Notes: a model not told the origin generated them from the sequence alone. A stretch of 64,000 nt of DNA from an uncultured delta proteobacterium (GCA_963806225.1 CAWDXG010000004.1:4288001-4352000); one strand, 5' to 3'; numbered from the stretch's first letter, positions 40,152 through 50,329 are shown. Program-made: numbers and translations.

Positions 40152-41042
40152 TCAGCCGCGCGCTCCCGAGCCTGGTCTGGAGCAAGGAACCGGTGCGGCG
40201 CCTGCCGTCGACACCCGCATGGTCCGGCGCGTGCCGACGCTGGTGATCTGCAACATCTTCCACAGGCCGAGCGCTGCGAGCGCCGCGAGATCGGTGAAGA
40301 GCAGCGGCGCGAAGAGCGGCGCGCCAAAGACGAGGCGTTCGCGAAGCGGCACGTTCGGCTGGGCGAGGTTCGCCGCCAGATGCAGCCCGAAGCCAAGCAG
40401 ACCCACAGCGGCCTCGAGCGCCGCGACGCCCAGCGACAGCTTGATGAACTGCCGTCCGCGCCGGAACAGCGCGGTGGAGAAAAACGCGAGGCCGAACGCC
40501 GCCGCCACCACCGGGATCCACTCGGCCGGGGAGAAGAAGTCGTTCTGCGCGTGGTCCAGCAGCGACAGCGCGAAGTTGCCGATGAAGCCGCCCATCGCCA
40601 GAAGCAGCACCCACGGCCCGAAGCCCGGCGACGTGCGCGGCTCCATGCGGTTCAGGATCAAGAGCAGCCCGATTCCGACGTAGGACAGCGGCGCGACGAA
40701 AGGCGCGGTGTACACCAGGCTCTTCAGCGTCCGGAGCTCGAAGAACGCGCTCTGGAGGTGCAGCAGCATGCCGGCGACGCCGATCATGACCGCCGCGACG
40801 CCCACCACGTAGCCGAGCCGGCGGCACACGCCGCGCTGGTAGCGCCCGCCAAAGAGTCCGGGCACGAGCAGCAGCGGCGCGAGGCAAGAGAAGAACACCG
40901 GCAGCCACTCCACGCGGCGCGCAAAGCTGTTTTCCAGATGGGCCAGGTAGATGTCCAGGGCAAGGAACCCGATGTTGCTGGTGGCGAACACCTCCACCAG
41001 CCAGTGCGGCGACAGGTCGCGCAGTCGCTCAAGGAGCCGCAT
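40152..41042 (-). CDS. Membrane protein downstream of a multihaem cytochrome
   Basis: Internal two-fold repeat (H..N.F....EW.PV; AP..APL); AAGGAG RBS. Confidence 0.7.
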   Translation of the reverse strand: MRLLERLRDLSPHWLVEVFATSNIGFLALDIYLAHLENSFARRVEWLPVFFSCLAPLLLVPGLFGGRYQRGVCRRLGYVVGVAAVMIGVAGMLLHLQSAFFELRTLKSLVYTAPFVAPLSYVGIGLLLILNRMEPRTSPGFGPWVLLLAMGGFIGNFALSLLDHAQNDFFSPAEWIPVVAAAFGLAFFSTALFRRGRQFIKLSLGVAALEAAVGLLGFGLHLAANLAQPNVPLRERLVFGAPLFAPLLFTDLAALAALGLWKMLQITSVGTRRTMRVSTAGAAPVPCSRPGSGARG

Positions 41043-41266
41043 GCTGCTCCTTGTTTCCGGCCGCAGCGCGCGCCCGGATCTCGCGCGCCGCGGCTTCGAT
41101 CTGCACCTTGTGGCGGAGTAGCTCGTAGTTGCCGTGCCACTGCACGAAGTCCGCGCCGCCCATGAACGCGCCGTGTTTCGTCGTGCGCCCGAAGTAGTGC
41201 CACAGGTCGAACGCCATGAACTCGATGGGCTCGTCGAAGGGCTTCGGCGTGAGCAGCCCGTCCTTC
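41029..41266 (-). pseudogene. 3' fragment of an HAO-like multihaem cytochrome c gene, cut at the ori end
   Basis: KDGLLTPKPFDEPIEF..FDLWHY.GR..KHGAFMGGADFVQWHGNYEL; no haem motifs left. Confidence 0.7.
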
Positions 41267-41796
41267 GCGCGTAGGTAACATGAGCGTCCTGCCCGCGACG
41301 CCAGGGCGCGCAGGCTCCGGGCGGCAAGGGAGCAGGTGCGGTTGCCAGGGCGGATAGGAAGGCTGCGGCGTGGCCATTCGGCGCTCGGTCGGGCCTGCGT
41401 CGCGGCGGGTAGCGCGCTCGAGGCGCACCGGTGCGCCGGCGACGGCGCGTTCAGTGCGCGTCGAACAGCTCCGCCTGCACGGGCTCACCGAGCCTTCGGC
41501 GGATGACGCGGCTCGAAAAGAACGGCGGCCCCCGCGCGGGCGCGAGCGCGGGCGGCTCGCTGGCCTCGCCGAGCCAGCGGAGGTAGCGGCGGATGCCGGC
41601 GGCGGTGATCACCAGCGCGCGCATTTTCAAGCGTCCGCCGCACTTGTTGCAGCGCTCGACCTCGATGCGGAAGGAGCGCTTCAAGAGCTCCGCCCACGGG
41701 CGATAGCCCGAGCGGGCGCCAGCCCGGCCTTGGCGGGCCCGCGCGGCGCGGCAGCGCGGCGCACCGTGGAGTGCCGCGCCGCGCGGGGGCAACCCT
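41267..41796 (-). mobile_element. ISCR-like element A2: about 530-bp internally deleted non-autonomous derivative
   Basis: ori plus tnp 3' end (41451-41715) joined to GCCCGGCCTTGGCGGGC, also found upstream of the full tnp at 55036-55052; then a 16-bp-stem hairpin. Confidence 0.8.
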
Positions 41797-41982
41797 ACAC
41801 GGCGCGCGGCGAGAAGCGGCGCAGGCGCAGGCTGTGCCGACTCGGCGTGCGGGGCTGGCGGCACGGGCGGCACCGCCGGGACCGCGGGCACCGCGGGCAC
41901 GGGCGGCAGCGACGCCGGGCCGGGTGGAAGCGCCGGTGTCGGCGGAACCGCGGGCAGCGCGGGGGCGGATGCAGGCCCCGGC
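41797..41982 (+). pseudogene. Gly/Ala/Thr-rich linker fragment of a myxobacterial secreted protein
   Basis: Reads GAGGTGGTAGTAGTAGTGGSDAG..; no start or stop of its own. Confidence 0.5.
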
Positions 41983-42036
41983 TGTTACCGCTCACCGTGG
42001 ACGCCGGACGTAGCGCCGCTTTCGTTCACGCAGCGT
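41983..42036 (+). repeat. Orphan 54-bp left end of the IS481-like element
   Basis: 53/54 identical to 45725-45778. Confidence 0.9.
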
Positions 42037-42395
42037 CCGACGGACAGCTGCGCTGCCTGCCGATCGTGTCGCCATCGGCCATGCAGGGCGTCATCTACTA
42101 CAGCGACGGGTCGTGCACGCAGCCCATGTCCTTCGTTTCAACCAACCCGCCGGTGGGCTGCAGCCCGTACGTGCCGAAGTACGTCTACTCCGGACAGCAG
42201 AGCTGCCCCCATGGCGAGCAGCGTTTCCACATCTACCCGGTGCAGAGCATCATCACCAATCCCACGCCGCACAAGCTTACCAACGGCACCTGTAGCAACG
42301 CCAACGTCAGCTACCCGAGCATGATCCCCGTGGCGCTCGGCGCGGAGCTGTCCGCCAACAGCTTCGTCGCAGGCACCCGCACGCACCTGCCCTGA
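42031..42395 (+). pseudogene. 3' fragment of a paralogue of 42445-43071
   Basis: ASDGQLRCLP..DGSCTQP..PPVGCSPYVPKYV aligns with the next gene. Confidence 0.8.
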
Positions 42396-42444
42396 GAGGC
42401 CTCATGAAGAGCATCGCCATCGGACCAACACAGCGAGGCACACC

Positions 42445-43071
42445 ATGCACCTGAACGCGACCCTCAAGGCTCTGACACTCGGCCTGGGCGTCTACGTGGC
42501 GCTCGCCGCCGTGGCAGCCGATTCGCCGCACACCCGCGGCTCGCTCGCCAGTGTGCTGCCGAGCCCCGTACCGGCCGCGCTCGCCGATACCAGCGGGACG
42601 CGGCTCAAAGCCGCCTACATCGCGGGCGCGGACGGCTCCAAGCTCTTCGACGCCAACGCCATGTACGACTCGCAGCTGTCGGTGGAATGCACGTTCCACA
42701 TCGCCTCGGACGGGAACTCGCGCTGCCTGCCCGTGCTGTCGCCGTCGAGCCTGCAGAACGGCGTGTACTTCCTGGACGGGTCCTGCACGCAGCCCGTCAC
42801 TTTCCTTTCCACGCCACCTTCCGGTTGCTCCGTGTACGTGCCGAAGTACGTCTGGAACCACAAGGCCGCCGCCGTCTGCCCCTACACGCCGGGATCCGAG
42901 CCGGTGCGCGTCTTCAGTGTCGGCGCGTACCAGGGCTCGGTGTCGAAGGTCTGGTACCAGACCCCGGGCGGCTCGTGCCTGGGCGCGACTACGCCGAGCG
43001 GGCTCGCCTACGCGATGACGGAGCGGCCAGCATCCGACTTCGTGCAGGGCACGGCCGGGACCGATCCGTAG
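42445..43071 (+). CDS. Secreted Cys-rich hypothetical protein
   Basis: Signal-like N-terminus; SGTRLKA..GADGS..ASDG..RCLP; GAGG RBS. Confidence 0.8.
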   Translation: MHLNATLKALTLGLGVYVALAAVAADSPHTRGSLASVLPSPVPAALADTSGTRLKAAYIAGADGSKLFDANAMYDSQLSVECTFHIASDGNSRCLPVLSPSSLQNGVYFLDGSCTQPVTFLSTPPSGCSVYVPKYVWNHKAAAVCPYTPGSEPVRVFSVGAYQGSVSKVWYQTPGGSCLGATTPSGLAYAMTERPASDFVQGTAGTDP

Positions 43072-43108
43072 CTTGGCTCTGCAACGCTTCTTTCCGGAAC
43101 AGGTGCCC

Positions 43109-43747
43109 CTAGTTCGCCGGCGGGCCCGATGCGAGCACGGCGTCGATGGACTGGCGCAGGCGGGCCTCGGGCACGGCGCCGATCTCGTGGGCGACCACCT
43201 TGCCGCCGCGGAAGAACAGCAGCGAGGGGATGCTGTTGATGCCGAAGCGTGCGGCGATGGCGCCGCACTCCTCGGTGTCGAGCTTGTAGAACTTGATGCG
43301 GCCCTCGTACTCGGCGGCGAGCTTCTTGAAGATCGGCGCGATCAGCTTGCACGGTGCGCACCACTCGGCCCAGAAGTCGACCACGACCGGCAGATCGGAC
43401 TGCAGAACGTCGTCGCCGAAGCCGTCGCAGCTGGCATGGAAGAGGTTGTCGCCGAGCTCGTGCGGGTCCCCCGGGCGAACGCCGTAGCGCTTCTCGAAGA
43501 TGTCGTCGGCCGTCTCGGCGCTGTTCTCGATCTCGAGCCGGATCTTCTCGAGCCCGGCAAGGGTCGGCGCGTAGCGGATGGCACCGGCCGGGCAGACATT
43601 GGTGCACACGCCCGAGCAGTTGCCGCAGGCCTTCGTGTCCACCACCCACTTGCCATCCGTCAATTTCATGGCCCGTGACGGGCAGAGCCGCGCGGCGCTG
43701 CAATAGGGGGAGTCGTCACACGCGCGATAGTCGATGAGGGCAGGCAT
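43109..43747 (-). CDS. 4Fe-4S ferredoxin-thioredoxin fusion
   Basis: CDDSPYC..LCP and CGNCSGVCTNVCP, then DFWAEWCAPCK..SIP; GGAG RBS. Confidence 0.85.
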   Translation of the reverse strand: MPALIDYRACDDSPYCSAARLCPSRAMKLTDGKWVVDTKACGNCSGVCTNVCPAGAIRYAPTLAGLEKIRLEIENSAETADDIFEKRYGVRPGDPHELGDNLFHASCDGFGDDVLQSDLPVVVDFWAEWCAPCKLIAPIFKKLAAEYEGRIKFYKLDTEECGAIAARFGINSIPSLLFFRGGKVVAHEIGAVPEARLRQSIDAVLASGPPAN

Positions 43748-43863
43748 GCTCTATCTCCAGAAGCTGGGCCGGCCGCGGCCCCGGGGGAGAGGGCCGGGCC
43801 GGCGGGATCCGTACCTATCTGATTGGAGCCGGCCCAGCGCCGAAGGGTGCACGAGGAATGCGC

Positions 43864-44196
43864 CTATTCGAACAGCATCGCGTATGGCCGCTCGATGGCC
43901 TGGCGCACCTGGTCGATGCCGAAGGTCCGCACGAAGCGCGTCGTCTCGCGGCCGTCGAAACACACGACCAGCGTGGGCACGCTGAGCACGCCGTACTGCC
44001 CGGCGGCTTCGGGCACAGCCACGGTGTCCACGTGGATCAGCTCGAGCCGCGGGAACTCCTCGCGCACCAGGTCGAGCACCTTGCTCTCGACCGCGGCGCC
44101 CACGCTGCAACTCGGCTCGTTGAAGTAGACGAGCGCGGCGGGGGCCTCGGCAATCCGGGCCCGCAGCGCCTCGAGACTCTCCGCGGCGTGCTCCAC
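43864..44196 (-). CDS. Thioredoxin-like protein with CxxG instead of CxxC
   Basis: YFNEPSCSVG, SVPTL..FDGRE; AGGAG RBS. Confidence 0.75.
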   Translation of the reverse strand: MEHAAESLEALRARIAEAPAALVYFNEPSCSVGAAVESKVLDLVREEFPRLELIHVDTVAVPEAAGQYGVLSVPTLVVCFDGRETTRFVRTFGIDQVRQAIERPYAMLFE

Positions 44197-44271
44197 GCGC
44201 GGGCTCCTAGCACGAGTGGTCCCTCCCAGCGAGCACGTCTGCGGGCAAGCTCGAGGGCTGGTGGTCGTCGT

Positions 44272-45324
44272 TCAGAGGTCGGTCTGTGGGTAGCGGGTGC
44301 CGAGCTGGCGCACGAGGTCGATGCGGCTGGCAATGCCCAACTTGCGCAGCGCGCTGCCCAGGTGTGACGACACCGTGCCCTCGGCAAGACCGAGGTGATA
44401 CGCGATGAGCTTGTCGGCGTAGCCACGTACGGCCAGCCCGACCACACGGGTCTCCATGGCGGTCAGCCCACGCGGGTCGCGCACATCCTCCGGGTTCTTG
44501 TGGGCCAGCATGAAGCGCTTGCCGTCGGTGTCCCACTGCTCCACCAGCGACCAACGGCCCTGGATGAGCCCCTGCCAGACGCTCAACGCGTCCTCCTGAC
44601 GCCCGGACTTCGCGCTGCGCGCGTGGTCGATGCGGCGTGCATTTTCGGTCAGTTCCCCGGCGCCGTCGCGGGCCTCGCCCTCGGCGTGGACGAGGCGACC
44701 CGAGGCGTCCAGCACGGCGCCGTCTTCGGGCGCGTCCACCCCTCCGGTGCGTTCCTGAAGGCGCCGCCTCAGTCGCAAACCTGCCTTGATGTGCGCGCTC
44801 AGCATCTGGAACATCTGGCGCTCCATCGACCGGTACGTGCGCTTGCCCTTCAACCCGGCGAAGATCGCCGTCGCTCCGTTGTCGTCGATGTGGTGGTTCA
44901 TCAGCACGAACAGGTCGTCGACCGGCGCGCCGAGCGTGTACACCCAGTTCGGCGCTACACGGTGGAACTCCGACTGCAGGATGTGTTCAGCGGGTTCGCG
45001 CAGTGCCGCGCGCACAGCCCGGTCGGCGAAGGTGGCCTGCGCGCGCCGGAACAACCCCAACTTCTCGCGCCGCTTTGCCCTGAGCAGGTCCGCGATCACT
45101 TGATTCCGCCGCACCATGTCCAGCGGCGGGTCGCCGGATTGCACCGGATTGGTCAGTGCGTAGTCCCCCTGCTCGTCCACGTCGATGTGATAGGCGAGCA
45201 GCCCCACCTCGGGCCGCACCACGTTGCACACCGTGTCCGCCACGCCCTGGAGCCACGCGTCCTGTGAGGCGCCGAGGTCGTAGCACGACTCCACAACGGC
45301 AATCAGATCGCGGCGGCCTGGCAC
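44272..45324 (-). CDS. LuxR-family HTH regulator
   Basis: C-terminal LTAME..KLIAYHLGLAEGTVSSHL..RKLG; W.GL..GRWSLV. Confidence 0.88.
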   Translation of the reverse strand: MPGRRDLIAVVESCYDLGASQDAWLQGVADTVCNVVRPEVGLLAYHIDVDEQGDYALTNPVQSGDPPLDMVRRNQVIADLLRAKRREKLGLFRRAQATFADRAVRAALREPAEHILQSEFHRVAPNWVYTLGAPVDDLFVLMNHHIDDNGATAIFAGLKGKRTYRSMERQMFQMLSAHIKAGLRLRRRLQERTGGVDAPEDGAVLDASGRLVHAEGEARDGAGELTENARRIDHARSAKSGRQEDALSVWQGLIQGRWSLVEQWDTDGKRFMLAHKNPEDVRDPRGLTAMETRVVGLAVRGYADKLIAYHLGLAEGTVSSHLGSALRKLGIASRIDLVRQLGTRYPQTDL

Positions 45325-45383
45325 GATCCCGAAAGCTACGGGATCGGGGGCGGCGAAAAAAGTCTTGATCTGGCATTTCCCGT

Positions 45384-45401
45384 ATCACCCCTAGGGGTGA
45401 T
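45384..45401. promoter_or_regulatory. Perfect 18-bp palindrome upstream of the LuxR gene
   Basis: ATCACCCCTAGGGGTGAT. Confidence 0.55.
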
Positions 45402-45482
45402 GTGCCGGGGGAGCGCTCGCCTTTCCGAAAGCCGAGCGGCGTGCCGCGATTGGGTCTGGATGCCCTCGCGGGAGTGCTCGGG

Positions 45483-45607
45483 TCACATCGAGACGGGCGT
45501 TGTGGGCGAGTTGCCTGCGGTCTGGCCACTCGAGTCATTGCCCCAGCAACGTACCGTACCGTACCGTCGCTCATGCGCGCGCAAGTGTGGAGCGCGCCGG
45601 CAGTTCG
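45483..45607 (-). pseudogene. RCC1-repeat 3' fragment, frameshifted within a GGTAC tandem run and cut at the ori end
   Basis: AGALHTCARMSDGTVR in one frame, CWGNDSSGQ in another. Confidence 0.7.
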
Positions 45608-45639
45608 GCGCGTAGGTAACATGAGCGTCCTGCCCGCGA
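45608..45639 (-). mobile_element. ISCR-like A3: 32-bp ori stub
   Basis: GCGCGTAGGTAACATGAGCGTCCTGCCCGCGA identical to 15715 and 41267. Confidence 0.9.
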
Positions 45640-45917
45640 TCGACGTCGCACGGAGCGTCGTGGCCGACGGGAACATCGATGTAGATATTATACCGAAATA
45701 CCGTAGAGCACCCGCCGCCCCATCTGTTACCGCTCACCGTGGACGCCGGACGTAGCGCCGTTTTCGTTCACGCAGCGTGAGGGGTTCGGGGGCGGCGGGA
45801 CGTCGATGTCCATCGCGGGTTTCTCGCCCGGATCGGTGGTTGTCGGGTAGCTCGCGCGGCTCCGGAGGCGGAGCATCGGCGCGTAGCCGGCCGCACAAAA
45901 TAGGTGACGGGGCGCGC

Positions 45918-46550
45918 GTGGAAAACGTCCCCGTCGTGCTCCGGACCCTATCGAAAAGAAGCGGAGCGCCCTACGCATCGTCTACTTCGAGCTGGACGTC
46001 GAAATTCTGGGCAGACAATCCGCCCGCGGTGGCGGCGGTGCGGCCGGCGAGGTGCCCGTGCTGCGAGCATCCGGGCGCGCCAGCGGCAGGTCCGATTGGG
46101 CTGGTCGGCCACGGCACCCGCGAGCGGACGCTGCTCGGTCCTCCCGGCCCGGATAGGCGGCCGGAGCAGCTCAGCTTGCTGCTGCGGCGCTACCGGTGCC
46201 GTGGCTGTGGGGCGGTCGTGGTCTCGGCACCGAGGGGCGTGCTTCGCGGCCTTCTCTATGGTGCTGCCGCGGTCGCGCTGGCGCTCGGGTTATGGGCCGA
46301 TGGGCTCGCCGGTTGGCGGGTGCGCGAGCAGATCGCTGCGAGGTCGAGCAACGGCGACGAGCGGTGGCACGGCTGGCGCTCGTTGCGACGCTGGGCCAGC
46401 GGCGCTGCTCGATGGTGGACCTGGCTCCAGTCCGGCGCAGGTCACGGGCGGCAGCGCGCGCTCGGCGTGGTGACGCAGCTGGCGGCTCGCGCCGCGACGC
46501 CGACCGGACCGGTGCTCGCTCTGGCGTGCGAGGGAGCGCTCCGGAGCTGA
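45918..46550 (+). CDS. Element accessory protein with two CxxC pairs; start uncertain
   Basis: CPCC..GHG..R..RYRCRGC; inside the IRs upstream of the transposase. Confidence 0.6.
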   Translation: MENVPVVLRTLSKRSGAPYASSTSSWTSKFWADNPPAVAAVRPARCPCCEHPGAPAAGPIGLVGHGTRERTLLGPPGPDRRPEQLSLLLRRYRCRGCGAVVVSAPRGVLRGLLYGAAAVALALGLWADGLAGWRVREQIAARSSNGDERWHGWRSLRRWASGAARWWTWLQSGAGHGRQRALGVVTQLAARAATPTGPVLALACEGALRS

Positions 46551-46670
46551 TGCGCATGAAGCGTGTCTCTGGCTCCAACCGCGATCCACCAGGCGTGTCC
46601 GTGGCCCGGCGGCGGCGGCTCTGGCGGAGTGCTCGCCGCGCCACGAAAGGGCGCTGGAAGGAGCCCATCG

Positions 46671-47995
46671 ATGAATGAATCGTTGAAACCGAAGGACCCG
46701 GCCGAGGCCGTCGCGCTGTTCCGCGCCCAGGTGATCGGGCCGCTGCTGTGTCGCGAGTACGACTCGCACGGCGAGCTGGCCGAGGCGCTGCGCGAGCTGG
46801 CGGCCGAGCCCGTGCGCCCGCCCGGCTACAACGTCACGCGCTACTTCGCCGTTTCCACGTTGGAGCGGTGGTACTACGCCTTCAGGAAGGGCGGCATCGA
46901 GGCGCTGCGCCCGCAGGGACGCGCGAGCGGCTACGCCCTGATGCTCGACGAGGCGCAGCGCAAGCTGCTGCTCGACATCCGGCGCGAGCACCCGCAGGTG
47001 AGCACTGCGCTCATCCTGCGCACGCTCGAGCGGGACGGGCGGCTGGCGCGGGGCGCGGTGAGCGAGCCGACGCTCCGGCGGCTGTATGCCGCGCACGGCC
47101 TCGACCGCCGCACGCTCGCCGCCGGTGATCGCCAGCCGCGCCGGCGCTGGGAGGCGGCTGCGCCCAATCTCCTGTGGCACACCGACGTGTGCCACGGTCC
47201 TGCGCTGCGGGTGGACGGTCGGGCCGTTCCATTGCGCATCCACGCGCTGCTCGACGACCACAGCCGCTACGTCGTGGCCATCCAGGCCTGCTCGACGAGC
47301 GCGAGAGCGAGATGCTCGCTCTCGTCGTCAAGGCGATGCGGCTCCACGGCGCGCCGGACGTCATCTACGCCGACAACGGCCCCACCTACGTCGGCGAGGC
47401 CCTGGCCACGGCCTGCGGCCGGCTCGGCGTCGGCCTTGTCCACGCCAAGCCCTACGATCCCCAGGCGCGCGGGAAGATGGAGCGCTTCTGGCGCACGCTG
47501 CGCGAGCAGTGCCTCGACCACCTCGCCGGCCTCGGCTCGCTGCACGACGCGCAGGTGCGGCTGATCGCCTACCTCGATCGCCACTACCACGTGACGCCGC
47601 ACTCCTCGCTGCTCGGCAAGACGCCGGCCGAGGTCTACGAGACCGGACGCCGCGAGCCCCTGCCGGACGCAATGCTCTCCGAAGCGCTCGTCGTGCGCGG
47701 ACGCCGTCGCGTGCGCCGCGACGGCACCGTGAGCATCGCCGGCACCGACTTCGAGGTGAAGCAGGGCTTCCTCGCCGGGCGCACCGTGACCATCGGCCGC
47801 TCGCTGCTGGTGCCCACCGACCCGCCGTGGCTCGAGCACGAGGACCAGCGCCACGTCCTCGAGCGGGTCGAGCCGACGCGACGCGGCCGCCGGAGGCCCG
47901 CACCGCGCGTCCGCCGCGGCATCGATGCCGTGCCCTTCGATCCACCCGGTGCGCTGCTCGACGAGGCCGCTGGCCGGAAGGGAGCGCAGCAATGA
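46671..47995 (+). pseudogene. DDE transposase/integrase with a one-base frameshift near 47296
   Basis: WHTDV in one frame, YADNG and GKMERF in another. Confidence 0.88.
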
Positions 47996-48792
47996 GCGCC
48001 CGCTGGCTCGACCACTTCGGCCTCGACGACGCTCCCTTCTCCAAGGAGACCGAGGCCGCCGAGCTGTGGGTGCCGTCGTCGCGCCAGGCTGTCGTCGACG
48101 ACCTGGTCGATGGCTGCGAGGAGCGCGGACACGTGCTGCTCACCGGCGAGCCCGGCGTCGGCAAGACCTGCATCCTGCGCGCGCTGCAGAGCCGTCTGCC
48201 CGACGCCGGCTTCCGGCTGACCTACTGCCACAACGCGACGCTCGGCCGGCGCGACTTCTACCGCCAGCTCTGCCTCGCGCTCGGGCTATCTCCGAAAGCG
48301 ACTGCTGCCGGCGTCTTCTTCGAGGTCAGCAGCCACGTGCAGCAGCTCGGTCACGAGCGCATCCACCCCGTCTTCCTGCTCGACGAGGCCCATCTGCTGC
48401 ACCAGGACGTGCTCGATCACCTGCACATCCTCGCCAACTACGAGTGGGACAGCCGAGCGCTGCTCTCGCTGCTGCTCGTCGGCCTGCCCGAGATGCACGA
48501 CCGCATGCACCTGCGCAGGAACCGCTCGCTCTGGTCGCGCATCCACACCCGCCTGCACCTCGGCGAAGCCACTCCCGAGGACACCGCCGAGTACGTCGGC
48601 TACCGCCTCGAGCGAGTGAGCGGCAAACAGGACACCTTCAGCTCCGACGCGCTCGCGCTGCTCCACGAGGCCTCGGGAGGCCGCCTCCGCGACATCGATC
48701 GCATCGCCACCGGCGCCCTCAAACGCGCCGCGCGACGCAAGCTCAAGAAGGTCGACCGCCAGCTCGTGCAGGACGTTGTCGGAGCCGACTGA
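47992..48792 (+). CDS. ExeA-like AAA ATPase (transposition helper)
   Basis: GEPGVGKT, FLLDEAH, LLVGLPE; ATGA overlap. Confidence 0.9.
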   Translation: MSARWLDHFGLDDAPFSKETEAAELWVPSSRQAVVDDLVDGCEERGHVLLTGEPGVGKTCILRALQSRLPDAGFRLTYCHNATLGRRDFYRQLCLALGLSPKATAAGVFFEVSSHVQQLGHERIHPVFLLDEAHLLHQDVLDHLHILANYEWDSRALLSLLLVGLPEMHDRMHLRRNRSLWSRIHTRLHLGEATPEDTAEYVGYRLERVSGKQDTFSSDALALLHEASGGRLRDIDRIATGALKRAARRKLKKVDRQLVQDVVGAD

Positions 48793-48939
48793 CCCGCACG
48801 CTACACGACCGCGCCGGCGCGGAGGGAGCCGGCGCGGCACGCCTTGATGCCCATCGAGCCGATGAGCGACTCCCGCCGTCCCCGTGATGTCCCTCGAATG
48901 TCACGCGCGGATGCCCATCGCCTGGTGTGAGCGGGAACA

Positions 48940-49487
48940 GTTGGCACTGGAACGCGGCGCCGGAACAGTTCAGCGTGTTCGCTAGCTGGCCCGCCATCGT
49001 GGCCACATGGGCCCTCCGCTTGCAGGTTGCGGCCATCTATTTTCATGCTGGAATGGCCAAGTTGCGGGTGACGGAGTGGGCGGATGGGACAGCGATGTAC
49101 TACTGGCTCCACCAGCCGACATTCGGAATGAATCCCACCGAGCTCCGCTGGTTGGGGCCAGTTCTCAATGCGGCGCCGGTGCCTGCAATGATCGGCTGGG
49201 GGACGATCGTGCTCGAACTCGCGCTTGCAGCATCGCTCATGGCGAAGCTTCGCTACCGGATGGTGCTCCTGGGACTTGGCTTCATGCTGCATTTTGGAAT
49301 ACTGGTGTTCATGGGTCTGACGAGCTTCGCGGTAACGATGTGGGGGGCGCTACTGTTTCTCTTGTGGCCTTTGGAGCGGCCGATCCCGTTGCCGTCCCTG
49401 CCATCCCTGCCATCGCTTCGGAAACGCCCGCGCGACAGCGAAGGTCAGGTCGAGACTATTGTGACGCGAGAACAGGAGGCCGCATGA
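48940..49487 (+). pseudogene. 3' fragment of an SdpB-like/HTTM membrane protein gene cut by the IS end
   Basis: RLQVAAIYFHAGMAKL..EWADGTAMYYW..H..I...MGL.SF. Confidence 0.75.
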
Positions 49488-50306
49488 CAAGAGTCACGAG
49501 CGCGTGTGCAGTGGTACTGGCGCTCACCGGGTGCGGCGGATCCGCAACGCCGGGCTCTAGCCCTTCCGATGCCGGTCTGCACGAGTCGAATGCCCACGAT
49601 GCTGTGAGTGAAGCCATGCCGTCGGACGCCGGTGCTGACGACTCGGGCGACGCGATGACTGATCACGCAACGTCCACTGTGGCCATCGGCGGGACCGTCA
49701 TCGCGCAGAATTCCGGGGGCAAGCCGGTCGCAGGTGCGTCCGTTTGCGCGTTCGAGGGCAAACCCTGCGTGCAGACGGCCGCCGACGGCAGCTTCGCGGT
49801 AGAGGTACCGGCGTTCGCGAACACCGGGATCGCCATGAGTCGCTCCGGTTACGGCACGGTATTGCTCCCATTGCGCACCGCGAGTACCAGCGACAACGCC
49901 CTCGTGCTGGCGCTACCGTTACTTGCAGACCAGAACGTCAAGCTACGCGAAAGCGGGTGCGACCTTTCCCTCCAGCCAACTCGGGTTCGTATTGGTGCAG
50001 TTGAACGCGGCGGGGGCGACTGCCGGATTTGCCAGCGCCACGGCAACCCTGTCTCCGAGCTCGGGAGTTGGGCCCGTGTACTACGGCACGACAGGGGTGC
50101 CCGACCCGGCACTCACCTCCACCTCGCAGTTGAGCCTTGTCACCTGGGGAAACGTCGGACCCGGAACGTACGACCTTTCGATCGGTCCTTCCGGAGTCCA
50201 GTGCGCCCGCGGACTCAACGGATGGCCGGCGACAGGGCAGGCGGTCGCGCGGATTCCCGTCCGCGCTGGCGAGGAGACAAGACTGATCCTCGCATGTTCG
50301 AATTGA
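49484..50306 (+). pseudogene. Lipoprotein with carboxypeptidase-regulatory-like domain, frameshift near 49938
   Basis: LTGC lipobox, PVAGASVC..T..DG.F; continues in frame 49923-50306. Confidence 0.65.
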
Positions 50307-50329
50307 GACGAAGCGCGGCTGTGTGACTC

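Larger units (their letters stand above)
45725..48939 (+). mobile_element. IS481/Mu-like three-gene element (Zn/HTH orf, DDE transposase, ExeA-like ATPase)
   Basis: Ends TGTTACCGCTCAC and GTGAGCGGGAACA (12/13 inverted repeat); no target duplication. Confidence 0.85.

Noticed and set aside
40152..41327. 391-aa fusion ORF starting inside the ori region
   Set aside because: The N-terminal part is off-frame read-through; the RBS supports a start at 41042.
1957..50050. Other GCAACCCT occurrences (1957, 37821, 50043)
   Set aside because: Within coding sequence, without a hairpin or breakpoint; they show the 8-mer alone is not diagnostic.
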